Part shown: positions 28,892-39,075 of the stretch, in pieces
Numbering within the stretch: position 1 is the stretch's first letter
How the letters are laid out: each line of letters opens with the position of its first letter
DNA from: Candidatus Cloacimonadales bacterium
GTDB taxonomy: Bacteria > Cloacimonadota > Cloacimonadia > Cloacimonadales > JAFGVF01
NCBI GenBank assembly: GCA_963678315.1
Contig: OY782781.1
Coordinates: 1,760,001 to 1,824,000 of the forward strand
Length of the DNA: 64,000 bases
Reading direction: 5' to 3'
The notes under the pieces: generated by a model
Databases searched by the model: none
Told to the model about the DNA's origin: nothing
What the model saw: only the letters and a program-made list of their open reading frames with translations
Position numbers and translations under genes: made by a program

Positions 28892-30238
28892 ATGAGAGAT
28901 ATATTAGTAGCAATTGTTGGTAGACCAAATGTTGGTAAGTCAACATTATTTAATAGATTATGTAAGCAAAGAAAAGCTATCATAGATTTTGAAGAAGGTA
29001 TCACACGTGACAGAAAATATGCAGATGTTGAGTGGGATGGAAAGAAATTTAGGATAGTGGATACAGGTGGTCTTGTATTTAATTCAGGTGATAGAATGGA
29101 TGATCACATCAAATTGCAGGCTGAGATTGCTATTGCAGAAGCTGATTACATATTATTTATGGTCGATGCAAAAACAGGTATAACTGATTTTGATCAAAGA
29201 ATTGCAAGAATGCTAAGACCAATGCAAGAAAAAACAATGCTCTTAGTCAATAAGGTCGATAATGAAAAAGATGAACTTGAAGTTTATGATTTCATGAGGC
29301 TTGGATATGGGGAGCCAATGATTATTTCTGCTAATTCAGGTAGAAATTCTGGAACATTCATGGATAATTTAGTTTCAAGAATACCAGCAAGAGATGTTGA
29401 TGATTTTGAAGAATTAGTAGATACAAGTATCAAAGTTGCTATAGTAGGTAAACCTAATGTAGGTAAGTCTTCTATTACTAATAGATTAATCGGTCAAGAT
29501 ACAGTAATTGTTACTGATATACCAGGAACTACCAGAGATGCTATTGACTCAAAAATTAAATATCATGGCGAAGAGATAACAATAATTGACACAGCTGGAT
29601 TACGTAAGAAAACCAGAGTAAAATATGGTGTTGAATATTTCAGTGCTATGAGAACAATTGATACAATCGATAGGGCAGATGTTGTACTATTAGTAGTTTC
29701 TGCAGATGAAGCTATTTCTCTACAAGAAAAGAAGATTGCTTCATATATAAAACGTCATTATAAGAATGTTATTATTGTTGTAAACAAATGGGATTTGCCT
29801 GAAAAGGATAATAGCACTCATAAAGAATTTAGTGTAGAAATTAAAGAAGAACTGCAATTTATTAAATATGCTCCGATAATTTTTGTATCAGCATTGACTG
29901 GTCAAAGAATATCAAAATTAATGGATTTGATTTTATCAGTAAAAGAAGAATCAGAAAGAAGAATACCTACATCAGGTTTGAATGATTTTGTAAAAGAAGT
30001 TATCGATAGACGTCCACCTTCTCATAAGACTGGTGCATTGTTGAAAATATATTACATAACTCAACCTGATACTGATCCTCCAACATTTGTATTCTTCTGT
30101 AATAGTCCTAAAAAAATATCTGAAGATTATAAGAGATTTTTACACAATCAAATTAGAAAGAGATTTAAGTTTGAGGGAGCTACTATTAAAATGATTTTCA
30201 AAGGTAAGTTACCTGAGGATGAAGATGTTATTTATTAG
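28892..30238 (+). CDS. der: Ribosome biogenesis GTPase Der (EngA)
   Basis: Two G domains GRPNVGKS and GKPNVGKS, DTGG/DTAG, NKVD/NKWD. Confidence 0.96.
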   Translation: MRDILVAIVGRPNVGKSTLFNRLCKQRKAIIDFEEGITRDRKYADVEWDGKKFRIVDTGGLVFNSGDRMDDHIKLQAEIAIAEADYILFMVDAKTGITDFDQRIARMLRPMQEKTMLLVNKVDNEKDELEVYDFMRLGYGEPMIISANSGRNSGTFMDNLVSRIPARDVDDFEELVDTSIKVAIVGKPNVGKSSITNRLIGQDTVIVTDIPGTTRDAIDSKIKYHGEEITIIDTAGLRKKTRVKYGVEYFSAMRTIDTIDRADVVLLVVSADEAISLQEKKIASYIKRHYKNVIIVVNKWDLPEKDNSTHKEFSVEIKEELQFIKYAPIIFVSALTGQRISKLMDLILSVKEESERRIPTSGLNDFVKEVIDRRPPSHKTGALLKIYYITQPDTDPPTFVFFCNSPKKISEDYKRFLHNQIRKRFKFEGATIKMIFKGKLPEDEDVIY

Positions 30239-30851
30239 TCTAGCATACCTGTGTGCTTATTTGTTGGGAGGTATTCCCAATAGTTACATAGCAGGACGAC
30301 TTCGTGGTCTTGACATAAGAGAACATGGGTCTGGAAATGTTGGAGCTACGAATGCCTTGAGAGTTTTAGGAACAAAAACAGGAGTGATTGTTATGTTGCT
30401 AGATGCTTTTAAGGGTATTTTAGCAATATTACTTGGCATATATTTAATTAAGCTAGATGGTATAGAGCTTAGTCAGGTTCATGAAATAACTTTAGGGTTA
30501 ACCGCTATTTTAGGTCATGTTTTTTCAATCTATTTGAAGTTCAAGGGAGGTAAAGGGGTTGCCACTGCTGCAGGTGTTTATGGCTTTTTGACACCTTACT
30601 CTTTCCTAGTAGCTTTAGGGGTTTTTATATTAGTTGTCTGGAAAAGTAGATATGTATCATTGGGTTCAATCTTAGCAGCAACATCATTACTAATAGCTGA
30701 GTTTGTTAGGAACTATATGATTGATTTCAAGGATATATATATACTCTGCTTTACTGCTTTGATATGTTTCTTTATAATTATAAAACATAAAGCAAATATA
30801 GCTAGATTATTAAAAGGTAATGAGAATAAATTAGAATTTAAGAAAAAATAA
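30219..30851 (+). CDS. plsY: Glycerol-3-phosphate acyltransferase PlsY
   Basis: GSGNVGATNALR, FKGGKGVATAAG, KHKANIARLL. Confidence 0.95.
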   Translation: MKMLFISLAYLCAYLLGGIPNSYIAGRLRGLDIREHGSGNVGATNALRVLGTKTGVIVMLLDAFKGILAILLGIYLIKLDGIELSQVHEITLGLTAILGHVFSIYLKFKGGKGVATAAGVYGFLTPYSFLVALGVFILVVWKSRYVSLGSILAATSLLIAEFVRNYMIDFKDIYILCFTALICFFIIIKHKANIARLLKGNENKLEFKKK

Positions 30852-30874
30852 GATAAATATCAGGAGTTTTTAAG

Positions 30875-32236
30875 ATGTGTGGAATTATTGGTGTTTTTAA
30901 CCATATGAAGGCTGCAGAGTTAGCAGCATTAGGAATGTTTGCTGAACAACACCGTGGTCAAGAAAGTTGCGGTATGGCTGTTTCCAATGGGAAAGTTTTT
31001 TCATTAAGAAAAAAAATGGGATTAGTGAAACAAGTATTCAAACCAGAAATCCTAGAAAAGATGGAAGGAAAGTTAGCAATAGGACATGTTCGCTATCCAA
31101 CCAAAGGTTCAGCAACAGATTATAATTCACAACCACATACAGTTGAATCATTGTATGGAGCAACTTATGCTTTGGCTAGTAACGGTGATGTAGTTAATTA
31201 TTATGAAGTTAAAGAAGAATTAGAAAGTAAGGGTGTTTATTTTAAGAGTCAAAATGATGGTGAGTTAATCTTAAAATATATAATATATAAAATTCAAAAC
31301 GAAGGTCATTCCATTGTTGAAGCAATAAAAGCAATGATGAAGAGAATTAAGGGTGCTTTTTCAACTGTATTGGCAACTCCAGACAAAATGTATATGATTA
31401 GAGATCCTTATGCCTTAAGACCTATGGTATGGGGAAAAATGGAAGATGGTTCTGTTGTTGTGGCATCTGAATCATGTGCTTTAGATATTTTAGGAGTAAA
31501 AAACAGATTAGAAGTTCCACCTGCGGGCATTATTCAAGTTACAGAAAGAGATGTAAAAATATTTGATAATAATCCTGACGATTATAGATTCTATAAAGAA
31601 GACAAACACTGTATCTTTGAACTAATATATTTTTCAAGACCAGATAGTTTCCATTTCAATGAAAATGTCTATGATGTAAGAGAAAAGATTGGGGCATCTT
31701 TAGCGAAAGGTGATGATTTCTGCCCAGATGTAGTTGTGCCAGTACCAGATTCAGCTAACTTTATGGCTGTTGGATACTCAAAAGAGAAGGGCTGCGATTT
31801 TAGTATGGGCTTGTTACGTAATCATTATGTTGGAAGAACTTTTATAAAACCTGAGCAAACAATTAGAGATGAATCAGTTTCACAGAAGTTTTCTACCTTA
31901 CCTAACTTCTTTAAAGACAAAAAGGTTGTACTTATAGATGATTCAATTGTTAGGGGAACAACAATCAAAAAAATAGTTAACATGATTAAAAAAGCCGGAG
32001 CTTCTGAAGTTCATTTACGTATTGGTTCTCCAGCAGTAAAATTCCCATGTTATTACGGTATTGATACTCCTACACAAACAGAGCTGATAGCTAATCAAAA
32101 GAATGTTGATGAAATTAGAGAGTATGCAGGTGCAGATTCTCTTAGATATATTGATTTAGATGATTTGATAACATGCGTTAAAGACTGTACAAATTACTGT
32201 CATGCTTGTTTCTCAGGAGATTATCCAATAAAATAA
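30875..32236 (+). CDS. purF: Amidophosphoribosyltransferase
   Basis: MCGIIG Ntn nucleophile, QHRGQES, VLIDDSIVRGTT, CYYGID. Confidence 0.95.
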   Translation: MCGIIGVFNHMKAAELAALGMFAEQHRGQESCGMAVSNGKVFSLRKKMGLVKQVFKPEILEKMEGKLAIGHVRYPTKGSATDYNSQPHTVESLYGATYALASNGDVVNYYEVKEELESKGVYFKSQNDGELILKYIIYKIQNEGHSIVEAIKAMMKRIKGAFSTVLATPDKMYMIRDPYALRPMVWGKMEDGSVVVASESCALDILGVKNRLEVPPAGIIQVTERDVKIFDNNPDDYRFYKEDKHCIFELIYFSRPDSFHFNENVYDVREKIGASLAKGDDFCPDVVVPVPDSANFMAVGYSKEKGCDFSMGLLRNHYVGRTFIKPEQTIRDESVSQKFSTLPNFFKDKKVVLIDDSIVRGTTIKKIVNMIKKAGASEVHLRIGSPAVKFPCYYGIDTPTQTELIANQKNVDEIREYAGADSLRYIDLDDLITCVKDCTNYCHACFSGDYPIK

Positions 32237-32244
32237 GGAAAAGT

Positions 32245-33228
32245 ATGGATCTAGGAAAAATTACAGAATATACAAGTGAATCTAAGAGGAAGAGAATTGT
32301 CGTTATTGGTGATGTCATGTTAGACCATTACATTATTGGTAATGTCGATAGAATTTCTCCAGAAGCACCTGTTCCTATTTTAAATGCAAAGAGTGATGAT
32401 TACCGTTTAGGTGGTGCTGCAAATGTGGCACTAAATATTGTAACTCTTGGCGCAGAAGCAATACTTATCGGGGTAATTGGTAATGAAGTTAATGGTAGGA
32501 TTTTAAGAGAACTTCTAGTGAAAAAGAATGTTAATTCGGATTATCTAATCGTTGATGACAGTAGACCAACTACTATTAAAACAAGAATTACTTCTAAAAT
32601 GCAACAAATTGTTAGAGTTGATAGAGAAGTAAAAACTGATATATCTACAGCAATAGAAGATTCTTTAATTGAAAAGTTTGCTTCTATTGTTGAATCTATA
32701 GATGGGGTCATTTTGGAAGACTATAACAAAGGTCTTTTGACTTCAAGAGTGATTGGTAAAATCCTTGAATTAACTACTAGACATAAGAAAGTAGTGACAG
32801 TTGATCCTAAAATGAATAATTTCTTTGACTATAAAAATGTAACTGTCTTTAAACCTAACTTACTTGAGCTAAGTAAAAACATGGGTGTTATTATCAAAGA
32901 TGACAAAACCCTATATAGTGTAGCTTGGGAGCTTTTTGCTAAAATATCTCCTCAAAACTTAATTGTTACATTAGGTGAAAAAGGTATGCTGATATTTAAA
33001 AAAGATAAGAAAGTTATTTCTTTACCTACCTATGCCAGAGAAGTATTTGATGTTTCAGGTGCTGGCGATACCGTTATAAGTACACTGACATTAGCATTAA
33101 CCATTACAGAGTCTGTACTAGAATCAGCTATGGTGGCTAACCACGCTGCCGGAGTAGTTTGTGGTAAAAATGGTACTTCTCCTGTGTATTGGGATGAAAT
33201 TTATGAATCAGTTGAGCAAGAACAATAA
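32245..33228 (+). CDS. rfaE1: ADP-heptose synthase kinase domain (HldA/RfaE1)
   Basis: Start reassigned to ATG 32245; GDVMLD, RISPEAPVP, GGAANVA, DVSGAGDT. Confidence 0.92.
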   Translation: MDLGKITEYTSESKRKRIVVIGDVMLDHYIIGNVDRISPEAPVPILNAKSDDYRLGGAANVALNIVTLGAEAILIGVIGNEVNGRILRELLVKKNVNSDYLIVDDSRPTTIKTRITSKMQQIVRVDREVKTDISTAIEDSLIEKFASIVESIDGVILEDYNKGLLTSRVIGKILELTTRHKKVVTVDPKMNNFFDYKNVTVFKPNLLELSKNMGVIIKDDKTLYSVAWELFAKISPQNLIVTLGEKGMLIFKKDKKVISLPTYAREVFDVSGAGDTVISTLTLALTITESVLESAMVANHAAGVVCGKNGTSPVYWDEIYESVEQEQ

Positions 33229-33710
33229 TGAAGATAATTGATAGAATTATTCCTAACGATAAAATTGAGAACTTAGTTGATAAACTGAGGAGTAATGGCA
33301 AGAAAGTTGTTTTTACAAATGGATGTTTCGATATATTACATATTGGACATGTTAGTTACTTAGAAGAAGCTAAGTCTTGTGGAGATATACTTATTGTTGG
33401 ATTAAATAGTGATGCTTCAGTAAAAAGATTGAAAGGTGAAAGTAGACCAATTAATAGCCAGCTGGAAAGAGCTTTTGTTCTTTGTGGGCTAAGACCTGTT
33501 GATTATGTGGTCGTTTTTGAAGAAGATACACCTTACAACTTGATTAGTAAAGTTTTACCTTCTGTTCTAGTAAAGGGGGGAGACTGGAAAGCTGAGCAAA
33601 TTGTTGGATCTGATATAGTTTTAGCTAATGGTGGGGAAGTGAAGAGCTTAATGTTTAAAGAAGGATTCTCTACTACAAATATCATAACAAAGATAAATGA
33701 GGAGAAATGA
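33228..33710 (+). CDS. rfaE2: ADP-heptose synthase adenylyltransferase domain (HldC/RfaE2)
   Basis: FTNGCFDILHIGH, GLNSDASVKRLKG, VKGGDW. Confidence 0.93.
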   Translation: MKIIDRIIPNDKIENLVDKLRSNGKKVVFTNGCFDILHIGHVSYLEEAKSCGDILIVGLNSDASVKRLKGESRPINSQLERAFVLCGLRPVDYVVVFEEDTPYNLISKVLPSVLVKGGDWKAEQIVGSDIVLANGGEVKSLMFKEGFSTTNIITKINEEK

Positions 33711-33711
33711 G

Positions 33712-34146
33712 ATGGCTGTAGATGAAACTCAAATAGGTCTGGTAAAAGATTTTAAAGATGGTAAGGCAACAGTTATAATGAATCCTCAAGGTGGTTGTTC
33801 AAGCTGTGCTATGCATGGATTATGTGGCACTTCTGATGGCTGTACTGAACATATTATTAGTACAGATATAGATTTGAAGCCTGGAGATAAAGTTATTGTG
33901 TATATTGACCCATCCAAAAGGATTCTTTCTGCCTTTCTACTGTTCATTTTCCCAATAACCTTACTAGTGATATTTTATTATATAGCGAATATCTACCTGG
34001 CTGAAAAATATGCAGTTATGTTTGGTTTAGCTGGATTTGTTCTTGCTTTTATAATTAATCGCTTAATTGATAAAGTTTGGGGAAAGAATGTAAGCTTTAT
34101 AATTGCATCAAAATATGAGGATGACTTAGATGAAAATCACTCTTAA
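33712..34146 (+). CDS. RseC/MucC family membrane protein
   Basis: Start at ATG 33712 after GAGGAG; CSSCAMHGLC, two C-terminal TM helices. Confidence 0.75.
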   Translation: MAVDETQIGLVKDFKDGKATVIMNPQGGCSSCAMHGLCGTSDGCTEHIISTDIDLKPGDKVIVYIDPSKRILSAFLLFIFPITLLVIFYYIANIYLAEKYAVMFGLAGFVLAFIINRLIDKVWGKNVSFIIASKYEDDLDENHS

Positions 34147-34486
34147 AGATATGGTCTTCTATGGCTACCATGGTGTTCAAGATGAAGAGAGAGTTTTAGG
34201 ACAACGTTTTGTTGTTACTGCTAGCCTAAAAACACTTGATGAGAAAGATAGGTTTATTCATAAATTAGAAGACACTGTTGATTACACCGAAGTTTATAGT
34301 GAAATCAAAAAAATCATGGAAGAAGATAAGCACTATCTACTTGAGAACTGTGCTAATGTAATATTAGATATGTTGTTAGAAAAATTCACTTTGGTGGAAG
34401 AAGCAACAATTATAATTAGAAAGCCATCTGTCCCAATCAGAGGGCAACTAAGTTATTCAGAAATTGAAATGAGCAGAGGAAGATAA
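34130..34486 (+). CDS. folB: Dihydroneopterin aldolase
   Basis: FYGYHGV..EER.LGQRF, TVDY, LLE. Confidence 0.92.
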   Translation: MKITLKDMVFYGYHGVQDEERVLGQRFVVTASLKTLDEKDRFIHKLEDTVDYTEVYSEIKKIMEEDKHYLLENCANVILDMLLEKFTLVEEATIIIRKPSVPIRGQLSYSEIEMSRGR

Positions 34487-34953
34487 TGCAAGCTGTATTG
34501 TCTCTAGGAAGTAATTTAGGAGATAAAGCAGAAAACTTAAGAAAGGCTGTTGAGTTGATTGCAAAGTTTTCTGATATAAGCAAAGAGGGAAGAGTGGTTG
34601 AAACACTTCCTTGGGGGAATGAGAATCAAGAAAACTTCTTGAATCAGATAATAGTTATTGAAACAGATTATCAAGCAGATATGTTACTGGACAAATTATT
34701 ATCTATTGAAATAGATATGGGTAGGATTAGAAAAGAGAAATGGGGACCTAGAATAATTGATTTGGATATATTATTTATTGAGAATAGAGTAATTGAATCT
34801 GAGAACTTAATAGTTCCTCATCCATTCTTACATCAAAGGGAGTTTATACTTGAACCTTTGTTGGAGATTGACCCTAACATAATTCATCCAAAGTTAAAAA
34901 AAACAGTTAGGGAACTATATCATATATTAAAAGAGACTAAGGAGAAGAAATGA
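34486..34953 (+). CDS. folK: HPPK (2-amino-4-hydroxy-6-hydroxymethyldihydropteridine diphosphokinase)
   Basis: LSLGSNLGD, KWGPRIIDLDIL, VPHP. Confidence 0.95.
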   Translation: MQAVLSLGSNLGDKAENLRKAVELIAKFSDISKEGRVVETLPWGNENQENFLNQIIVIETDYQADMLLDKLLSIEIDMGRIRKEKWGPRIIDLDILFIENRVIESENLIVPHPFLHQREFILEPLLEIDPNIIHPKLKKTVRELYHILKETKEKK

Positions 34954-35981
34954 ACAAGGTAGGAGCTATTATTTTAGCAGCAGGCAAAGGTACAAGAATG
35001 AAATCTACTAAGCCAAAGGTAGCATTCGAACTCGGTGGAAAATCTTTAGTAGAAAGAGTTGTAGAAACTTCTTTATCATTAAATTCTGAGCTTACATGTG
35101 TGGTTGTCGGTTATAAGAAAGAAATTGTTATGGAGCTTGTTGCTAGCTATGACAATGTTGAATTTGCTGAACAAGTAGAACAGCTTGGAACAGGTCATGC
35201 TGTTAAGATTGCGAAACAAGTGTTTGATGGCTTTAGTGGTGATATTTTTATTCTTTGTGGTGATGTTCCTTTAACTAAAGTAGATACTCTACAAAACATG
35301 TTAGATACTCATAGAAAAAGTAAGAATGCCTGCACTGTCTTAACTCATGTAATTGATGATCCTGCAAGATATGGTAGAATTATCAGAGATGCTAATGGAA
35401 ACATTGATTCAATAGTTGAATTTAAAGATGCAAACGATTCTCAAAGAGAAATTCATGAGATAAATACAGGTATCTACTGTTTTGATAAAGAAAAGCTATT
35501 TTCTGCTTTAGATAAAATTGATAACAATAACGCACAGAATGAGTACTACCTTCCTGATACATTGAAAATACTTAACAGTGAGGGAGAAAAAGTAGGTGGG
35601 CATATTTTGGAACATTTCGTTGAAGCTGCAGGAATCAACTCTCAAAAGCAATTAGCCCAACTAGAAACTGAATTTTATGCAAAAATTAAAGATCACTGGA
35701 TGACTGAAGGTGTCTCAATAGAAAATCCAGCTAGTGTTATTATTGGCGAGGATGTAATTATTGAAAGTGATGTAAGCATAGGTGCTAATACAATTATCAA
35801 AGGAAAATCAACAATACGTGAGGGAGCTAACATTGGTCCTTTCTGTAATTTAGTTAATTGTGTGATTGAGGAAGAAGCAATTCTGGAAGGCTATAATATT
35901 ATTGTTGATTCTCATATAAATGAACAAGAAGTGATTTCTTTTAGAGAAACAGTAATTGAGGAGAATGTTGTTGATGAATAA
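34950..35981 (+). CDS. glmU: GlmU-like UDP-GlcNAc pyrophosphorylase with shortened C-terminal beta-helix
   Basis: ILAAGKGTRMKS, QLGTGHAV, YGRIIR, EINTGIY, NAQNEYYLPD; only 343 aa. Confidence 0.8.
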   Translation: MNKVGAIILAAGKGTRMKSTKPKVAFELGGKSLVERVVETSLSLNSELTCVVVGYKKEIVMELVASYDNVEFAEQVEQLGTGHAVKIAKQVFDGFSGDIFILCGDVPLTKVDTLQNMLDTHRKSKNACTVLTHVIDDPARYGRIIRDANGNIDSIVEFKDANDSQREIHEINTGIYCFDKEKLFSALDKIDNNNAQNEYYLPDTLKILNSEGEKVGGHILEHFVEAAGINSQKQLAQLETEFYAKIKDHWMTEGVSIENPASVIIGEDVIIESDVSIGANTIIKGKSTIREGANIGPFCNLVNCVIEEEAILEGYNIIVDSHINEQEVISFRETVIEENVVDE

Positions 35982-36468
35982 GGAATATCTATATTCACCC
36001 TGGAGAATAGATTATATCCTTTCCCAAAAAGAACAAGGATGTATATTCTGTCTCAAACCTGAAGATAATGATGATGCAAAACATGGCATAGTTTATAGAA
36101 GTGAACATTGTTTTGTAATTATCAATCTTTATCCTTATAACAACGGTCATATCATGGTAGTACCATATAGTCATGTATCGTCTTTAGCAGACCTAAAAGC
36201 AGAGGAAGTAAATGATCTTTTCTCGGTAGTTAGGCTTTCTGAAATTGTTCTCAATGAAGTTTATCATTGTGAAGGAATGAATATTGGGATAAATGAAGGA
36301 AAATCAGCAGGTGCTGGAATAGCAGAACATATTCATGTTCACCTGGTACCAAGATGGGTCGGCGATGTTAATTTTATGACTTCTATCGGTGGTAAACGTG
36401 TGATACCAGAGGCTTTTGAATCTACATATATAAAATTAAAAGAACAATTTGACAAATTCAAGGGGTAA
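35974..36468 (+). CDS. HIT family hydrolase
   Basis: CIFC, NLYPYNNGH, AGAGIAEHIHVHLVPRW; start likely ATG 35974. Confidence 0.9.
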   Translation: MNKEYLYSPWRIDYILSQKEQGCIFCLKPEDNDDAKHGIVYRSEHCFVIINLYPYNNGHIMVVPYSHVSSLADLKAEEVNDLFSVVRLSEIVLNEVYHCEGMNIGINEGKSAGAGIAEHIHVHLVPRWVGDVNFMTSIGGKRVIPEAFESTYIKLKEQFDKFKG

Positions 36469-36474
36469 AATAAT

Positions 36475-36942
36475 TTGTCCAGAAAGCTCAAAATCTTAAT
36501 AGCGATTGTTTTGTTAATAGCAATTAGCTTTTTAGGTTTATATTTATTTAAAATTTTTAACGAAGAAGAAGATATCCTTGCTGATATTGATAAGAGAGAA
36601 ATCTCTGTTCAAATTCTCAATGGTTGTGGAATTTCTGGATTAGCAAGAGAATATGAAGAATTCTTGGTTAAAAAATTTGAAGAATATGGAGCTAATATGT
36701 TCAAATTCTCTGAAGCTTCAAATACTCGTAAATCAATATATAATAAGAGTATAATTGTTGTTGTTAGAGAAGTTGATTTCGCAGAAGAACCTAATAACTT
36801 AGAAATTTTACAAGAAAGAACTGGTATTGAAAACTGGATATATGCTATAGATGAAAATGAGAAGCCAGACAATCAGTTTATAATAATAATTGGAAATGAT
36901 TTCCAAAATTTAATGGAACAAGAGAGAGAATATGCAAGGTAA
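36475..36942 (+). CDS. Membrane-anchored LytR C-terminal domain protein
   Basis: N-terminal TM; VQILNGCGISGLA; IIIGNDF. Confidence 0.75.
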   Translation: MSRKLKILIAIVLLIAISFLGLYLFKIFNEEEDILADIDKREISVQILNGCGISGLAREYEEFLVKKFEEYGANMFKFSEASNTRKSIYNKSIIVVVREVDFAEEPNNLEILQERTGIENWIYAIDENEKPDNQFIIIIGNDFQNLMEQEREYAR

Positions 36943-37300
36943 AGAACTTGTTGAGAAAATAATTGAATGGGCTGTAGACAAAAAAGGTGATAACATAAAA
37001 TTTTATGATCTAAAAGGCAAAACATCTTACACTGATTATGTATTAGTTGTAGAGGGTGGTTCAGATTTGCATATAAATGCAATTGCTGAAAATATAGTCC
37101 AGAACTCTAAAAAAGAGAAAGTTCATATTTCTGGTAAAGAAGGATTTAAAAGTAGTTCATGGGTGTTACTTGACTTTGTCGATGTGATACTACATGTAGT
37201 TACACCTTCTACAAGAGAATTTTATAAGCTAGATAGTTTATTTACAAATATTCAAAATGATGTAGCAGAAGAAGCTATTCAAGAGGATATAGATGATTAA
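36932..37300 (+). CDS. rsfS: Ribosome silencing factor
   Basis: DKKGDNI, WVLLDFVDVILHV, REFYKLDSLF. Confidence 0.9.
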   Translation: MQGKELVEKIIEWAVDKKGDNIKFYDLKGKTSYTDYVLVVEGGSDLHINAIAENIVQNSKKEKVHISGKEGFKSSSWVLLDFVDVILHVVTPSTREFYKLDSLFTNIQNDVAEEAIQEDIDD

Positions 37301-39011
37301 GGAAATTTTAAAAAATAGCATTAATAATTGTATTGATACGCTTAACTTAGAAAATAACAATAAATTTAATGTTGAAGTTCCGAATAATAAGAATCATGGA
37401 GATTATTCAACTAATGTTGCAATGGTTCTTTCTAAACTAAACCAGAGAAAACCTAGAGAATTAGCTGAAGAAATTAAAACAGAACTTCTTAATGACGCTC
37501 ACATTGAAAAAGTTGAAATAGCTGGTCCTGGATTTATTAATATTACCCTAGCTAAGTCATTATTTCAAGAACTATTATACGATATATTAAAAGCAAAAGC
37601 TGACTATGGAACAACTCAACATGGTGCGGGAAAGAAGATTTTGTTAGAGTTTGTGTCTGCAAATCCAACTGGACCTTTAAACATCGTAAGTGCTAGAGCT
37701 GCTACTTATGGCGATACCTTATATCGTATCATGAATAAAGTTGGTTATGAAGCTAAAAGAGAATTCTATGTTAATGATGCTGGTAATCAAGTAGATATCT
37801 TAGCTGAATCACTAGAACTTAGACTTCGTCAGGTTCGTGGTGAAAATATTGGAGAATTTCCTGTAGAAGCTTATCATGGTGAGTATCTTGTTGAAATGGC
37901 TGATGAACTAAACTCAAATGAAGGTAATAGACTTCTAATGTTACCTGAAAAAGATAGAATTGAAAAACTCAAAGATTATGCACTCAATTCAATTCATGAG
38001 ATGCAACTCAACAGTCTTGAAAAATATGATGTAGAATTTGATAACTGGGTATCAGAAAAGAAACTTAGAAATCAAGGTGTTGTCGAAGAAGTATTAAGTT
38101 TCTTAGCTGAAGCTGAATGTACTTATGAGAAAGATGACGCTATATGGTTTAGTTCAAGTAAGTATGGTGATGATAAAGACCGTGTTTTAATGAAAGCAGA
38201 TGGTTCTATTACCTACTTTGTTCCTGATTTAGCTTATCATTTAACTAAATATCAACGTGGTTTTGATTACATCATAGACGTTCTTGGTCCTGACCATCAT
38301 GGTTATGTGCCTAGATTAAAAGCAGCAATTAAAGCTCTTAAATATGATGAAGAAAAGCTTGAAGTTGTTTTCTTACAACAAATCAATCTATTTGAAGATG
38401 GTGAAAAAATCAAGATGTCAAAACGTCTTGGTAAGATTATCACAATGGATGATTTAGTTGATGAGGTAGGTAAAGATGTAGCTCGATTCTTCTTTATTGA
38501 TAGAAGAACTAATGCTCATTTAAACTTTGATATGGATTTAGCTAGAAAGCAAAGTGATGAAAATCCTGTGTACTATATCCAGTACGCTCATGCAAGAATT
38601 TCTAGTATTATCAAGAAAGCTAGAAAAGAACATGAGATTAGAATAGGAAAACCATCTAGAACAGCATGTAATTTCTTAAATGAAGAAGCGGAAATTGAAT
38701 TAATGAAAAAATTAATTGGCTTCCCACAACTTCTAGAAAGTGTTGCCGATACTAGAGAACCTCACAGATTAGCAACTTATGTGTTTGAATTAGCTGGAAT
38801 GTTCCATAAATACTATGCAAAGCATAAAGTTATTGATGAAGAAAACATTGATGTAACTAAAGGAAGACTTTTCTTAATTACTGCTGTTAAAAATGTTCTT
38901 GCAATTGCTCTAGACTTATTAGGTGTGAATGCTCCAGATAGAATGAAGAAGACAAGTGCAGCTAAAGGAGCTAAGAAAAAGACTCCAACAAAAAAAAGTA
39001 AAGAAAAATAG
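37293..39011 (+). CDS. argS: Arginine--tRNA ligase
   Basis: HGDYSTN, AGPGFIN, EFVSANPTGPL, KMSKR, YIQYAHAR. Confidence 0.96.
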   Translation: MIKEILKNSINNCIDTLNLENNNKFNVEVPNNKNHGDYSTNVAMVLSKLNQRKPRELAEEIKTELLNDAHIEKVEIAGPGFINITLAKSLFQELLYDILKAKADYGTTQHGAGKKILLEFVSANPTGPLNIVSARAATYGDTLYRIMNKVGYEAKREFYVNDAGNQVDILAESLELRLRQVRGENIGEFPVEAYHGEYLVEMADELNSNEGNRLLMLPEKDRIEKLKDYALNSIHEMQLNSLEKYDVEFDNWVSEKKLRNQGVVEEVLSFLAEAECTYEKDDAIWFSSSKYGDDKDRVLMKADGSITYFVPDLAYHLTKYQRGFDYIIDVLGPDHHGYVPRLKAAIKALKYDEEKLEVVFLQQINLFEDGEKIKMSKRLGKIITMDDLVDEVGKDVARFFFIDRRTNAHLNFDMDLARKQSDENPVYYIQYAHARISSIIKKARKEHEIRIGKPSRTACNFLNEEAEIELMKKLIGFPQLLESVADTREPHRLATYVFELAGMFHKYYAKHKVIDEENIDVTKGRLFLITAVKNVLAIALDLLGVNAPDRMKKTSAAKGAKKKTPTKKSKEK

Positions 39012-39035
39012 ATTATAAATGTAACTTTCTAACTA

Positions 39036-39059
39036 TCCCACGTTCTACACGTGGGATTT
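39036..39059. terminator. Hairpin after argS, possible weak terminator
   Basis: atcccacg-ttctaca-cgtgggat with short T tract. Confidence 0.45.
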
Positions 39060-39075
39060 CATTATAAGGAGAATT

